This document shows positions 35,266 to 36,046 of a DNA stretch of 36,046 nucleotides, in pieces. A program made the position numbers and the translations under genes. Source of the stretch: a virus (Duplodnaviria > Caudoviricetes). Below the pieces are notes generated by a model. That model was not told the origin of the DNA. It did not search any database and saw only the letters and a program-made list of their open reading frames with translations. Numbering within the stretch: position 1 is the first letter of the stretch; each line of letters begins with the position of its first letter. The stretch spans positions 1 through 36,046 of the IMG/VR virus record IMGVR_UViG_3300022697_000115, one strand, 5' to 3'.

Positions 35266-36046
35266 ATGAAAATAATTAAACTGCAAATCGAAAACATTAA
35301 AAAATTAGTGGCCGTTAACATCGAGCCGAATGGTAATGTCGTTAAAATCAGCGGCAAGAATGCAGCTGGCAAAACATCCGTCCTCGATTCTATTTGGTGG
35401 GCGCTTGGCGGCACGAAGAAAGTACAGGACAAACCAATTCGCGATGGACAAAGCTCTGCAAAAATCACAATCGATTTAGGTGACCTGTTAGTTGAGCGTC
35501 ACTTTAACGCCAAGGGCTCTACGCTATTTGTTACCAACGAAGTCGGCAGCAAAGTTAAATCCCCTCAAGCGGTATTAGATAAATTGCTTGGGCGCATGAC
35601 CTTTGACCCTTTGGCGTTTATGAAGCTGGATAACACAAAGCAGCTCGCATACCTTAAGGAGCTACTTGGCCTTGATTTCTCCGCGCTCGATGATGATCGA
35701 GAAACACAATTTACTAAGCGCACCGAAGCTAAGCGAACTCTAGCCGATTTGGAAAGTCAGCGTGACGCTATTTCTTTGTGTGTAGACGCTCCGAGCGAAC
35801 CGATTGTTGTTTCTGAATTAATGACTGAGCTTGAACTTAACAACAACATTAACCAGGATCTTTTTAAGAACGACGCCAGGAAAGATCTAATTAGTAACGA
35901 GATTGCGTCACTAAATAATAAAATTACCGGCCTTGAGATGGAGCTTGTCGATATACGTGACTTTGCAAACATACATCAGTTAATAGACGTTTCTGAACTC
36001 AAGTCAAAAATAGCAAACGCAGAAACACTGAATGGTTATCTTAGAG
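35266..36046 (+). CDS. SMC/Rad50-like AAA ATPase, N-terminal part (continues across the origin to 527; about 402 aa)
   Basis: MKIIKLQIENIKK...ISGKNAAGKTSVLDSIWWALGG Walker A followed by coiled coil; missing from the ORF track because it runs off the window end. Confidence 0.85.
   Translation, partial: MKIIKLQIENIKKLVAVNIEPNGNVVKISGKNAAGKTSVLDSIWWALGGTKKVQDKPIRDGQSSAKITIDLGDLLVERHFNAKGSTLFVTNEVGSKVKSPQAVLDKLLGRMTFDPLAFMKLDNTKQLAYLKELLGLDFSALDDDRETQFTKRTEAKRTLADLESQRDAISLCVDAPSEPIVVSELMTELELNNNINQDLFKNDARKDLISNEIASLNNKITGLEMELVDIRDFANIHQLIDVSELKSKIANAETLNGYLR
35948..36046. repeat. Terminal direct repeat, copy 2
   Basis: Identical to 1-99. Confidence 0.97.

Overview
This is a complete, circularly permuted genome of a temperate P22-like podovirus. 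Bases 1-99 repeat exactly at 35948-36046, so the unique length is 35,947 bp, and an SMC/AAA-type ATPase ORF reads through the join. The host is probably a gammaproteobacterium, because attP carries the 3' half of an E. coli-like tRNA-Glu. Modules are: the end of the leftward-type early operon with xis/int and attP (1-3500); a self-promoted accessory operon (3690-6510); a minus-strand late operon (extra structural-like cassette, terminase, portal, scaffold, coat, tail hub, ejection proteins, tailspike, holin); replication/early genes (cro, cII-like, Tad2-like, initiator, helicase, RusA, GapR-like); a lambdoid immunity switch; and a recombination module. The most interesting feature is the accessory operon next to attP. 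It has a strong promoter with a palindromic operator and small orphan ORFs, including an HTH-like gene near the end. It also contains two type I-C CRISPR-repeat mimics plus a third hairpin, separated by short 20-22 nt spacers, with no cas genes anywhere in the genome. This is a candidate combined protein and RNA anti-CRISPR or Cascade-hijacking locus. Other highlights are a structured non-coding RNA region (30020-30365), an S74-chaperone-tipped ejection protein, and the lack of any recognisable endolysin. All protein family calls come from motif recognition and gene order, not from database searches.
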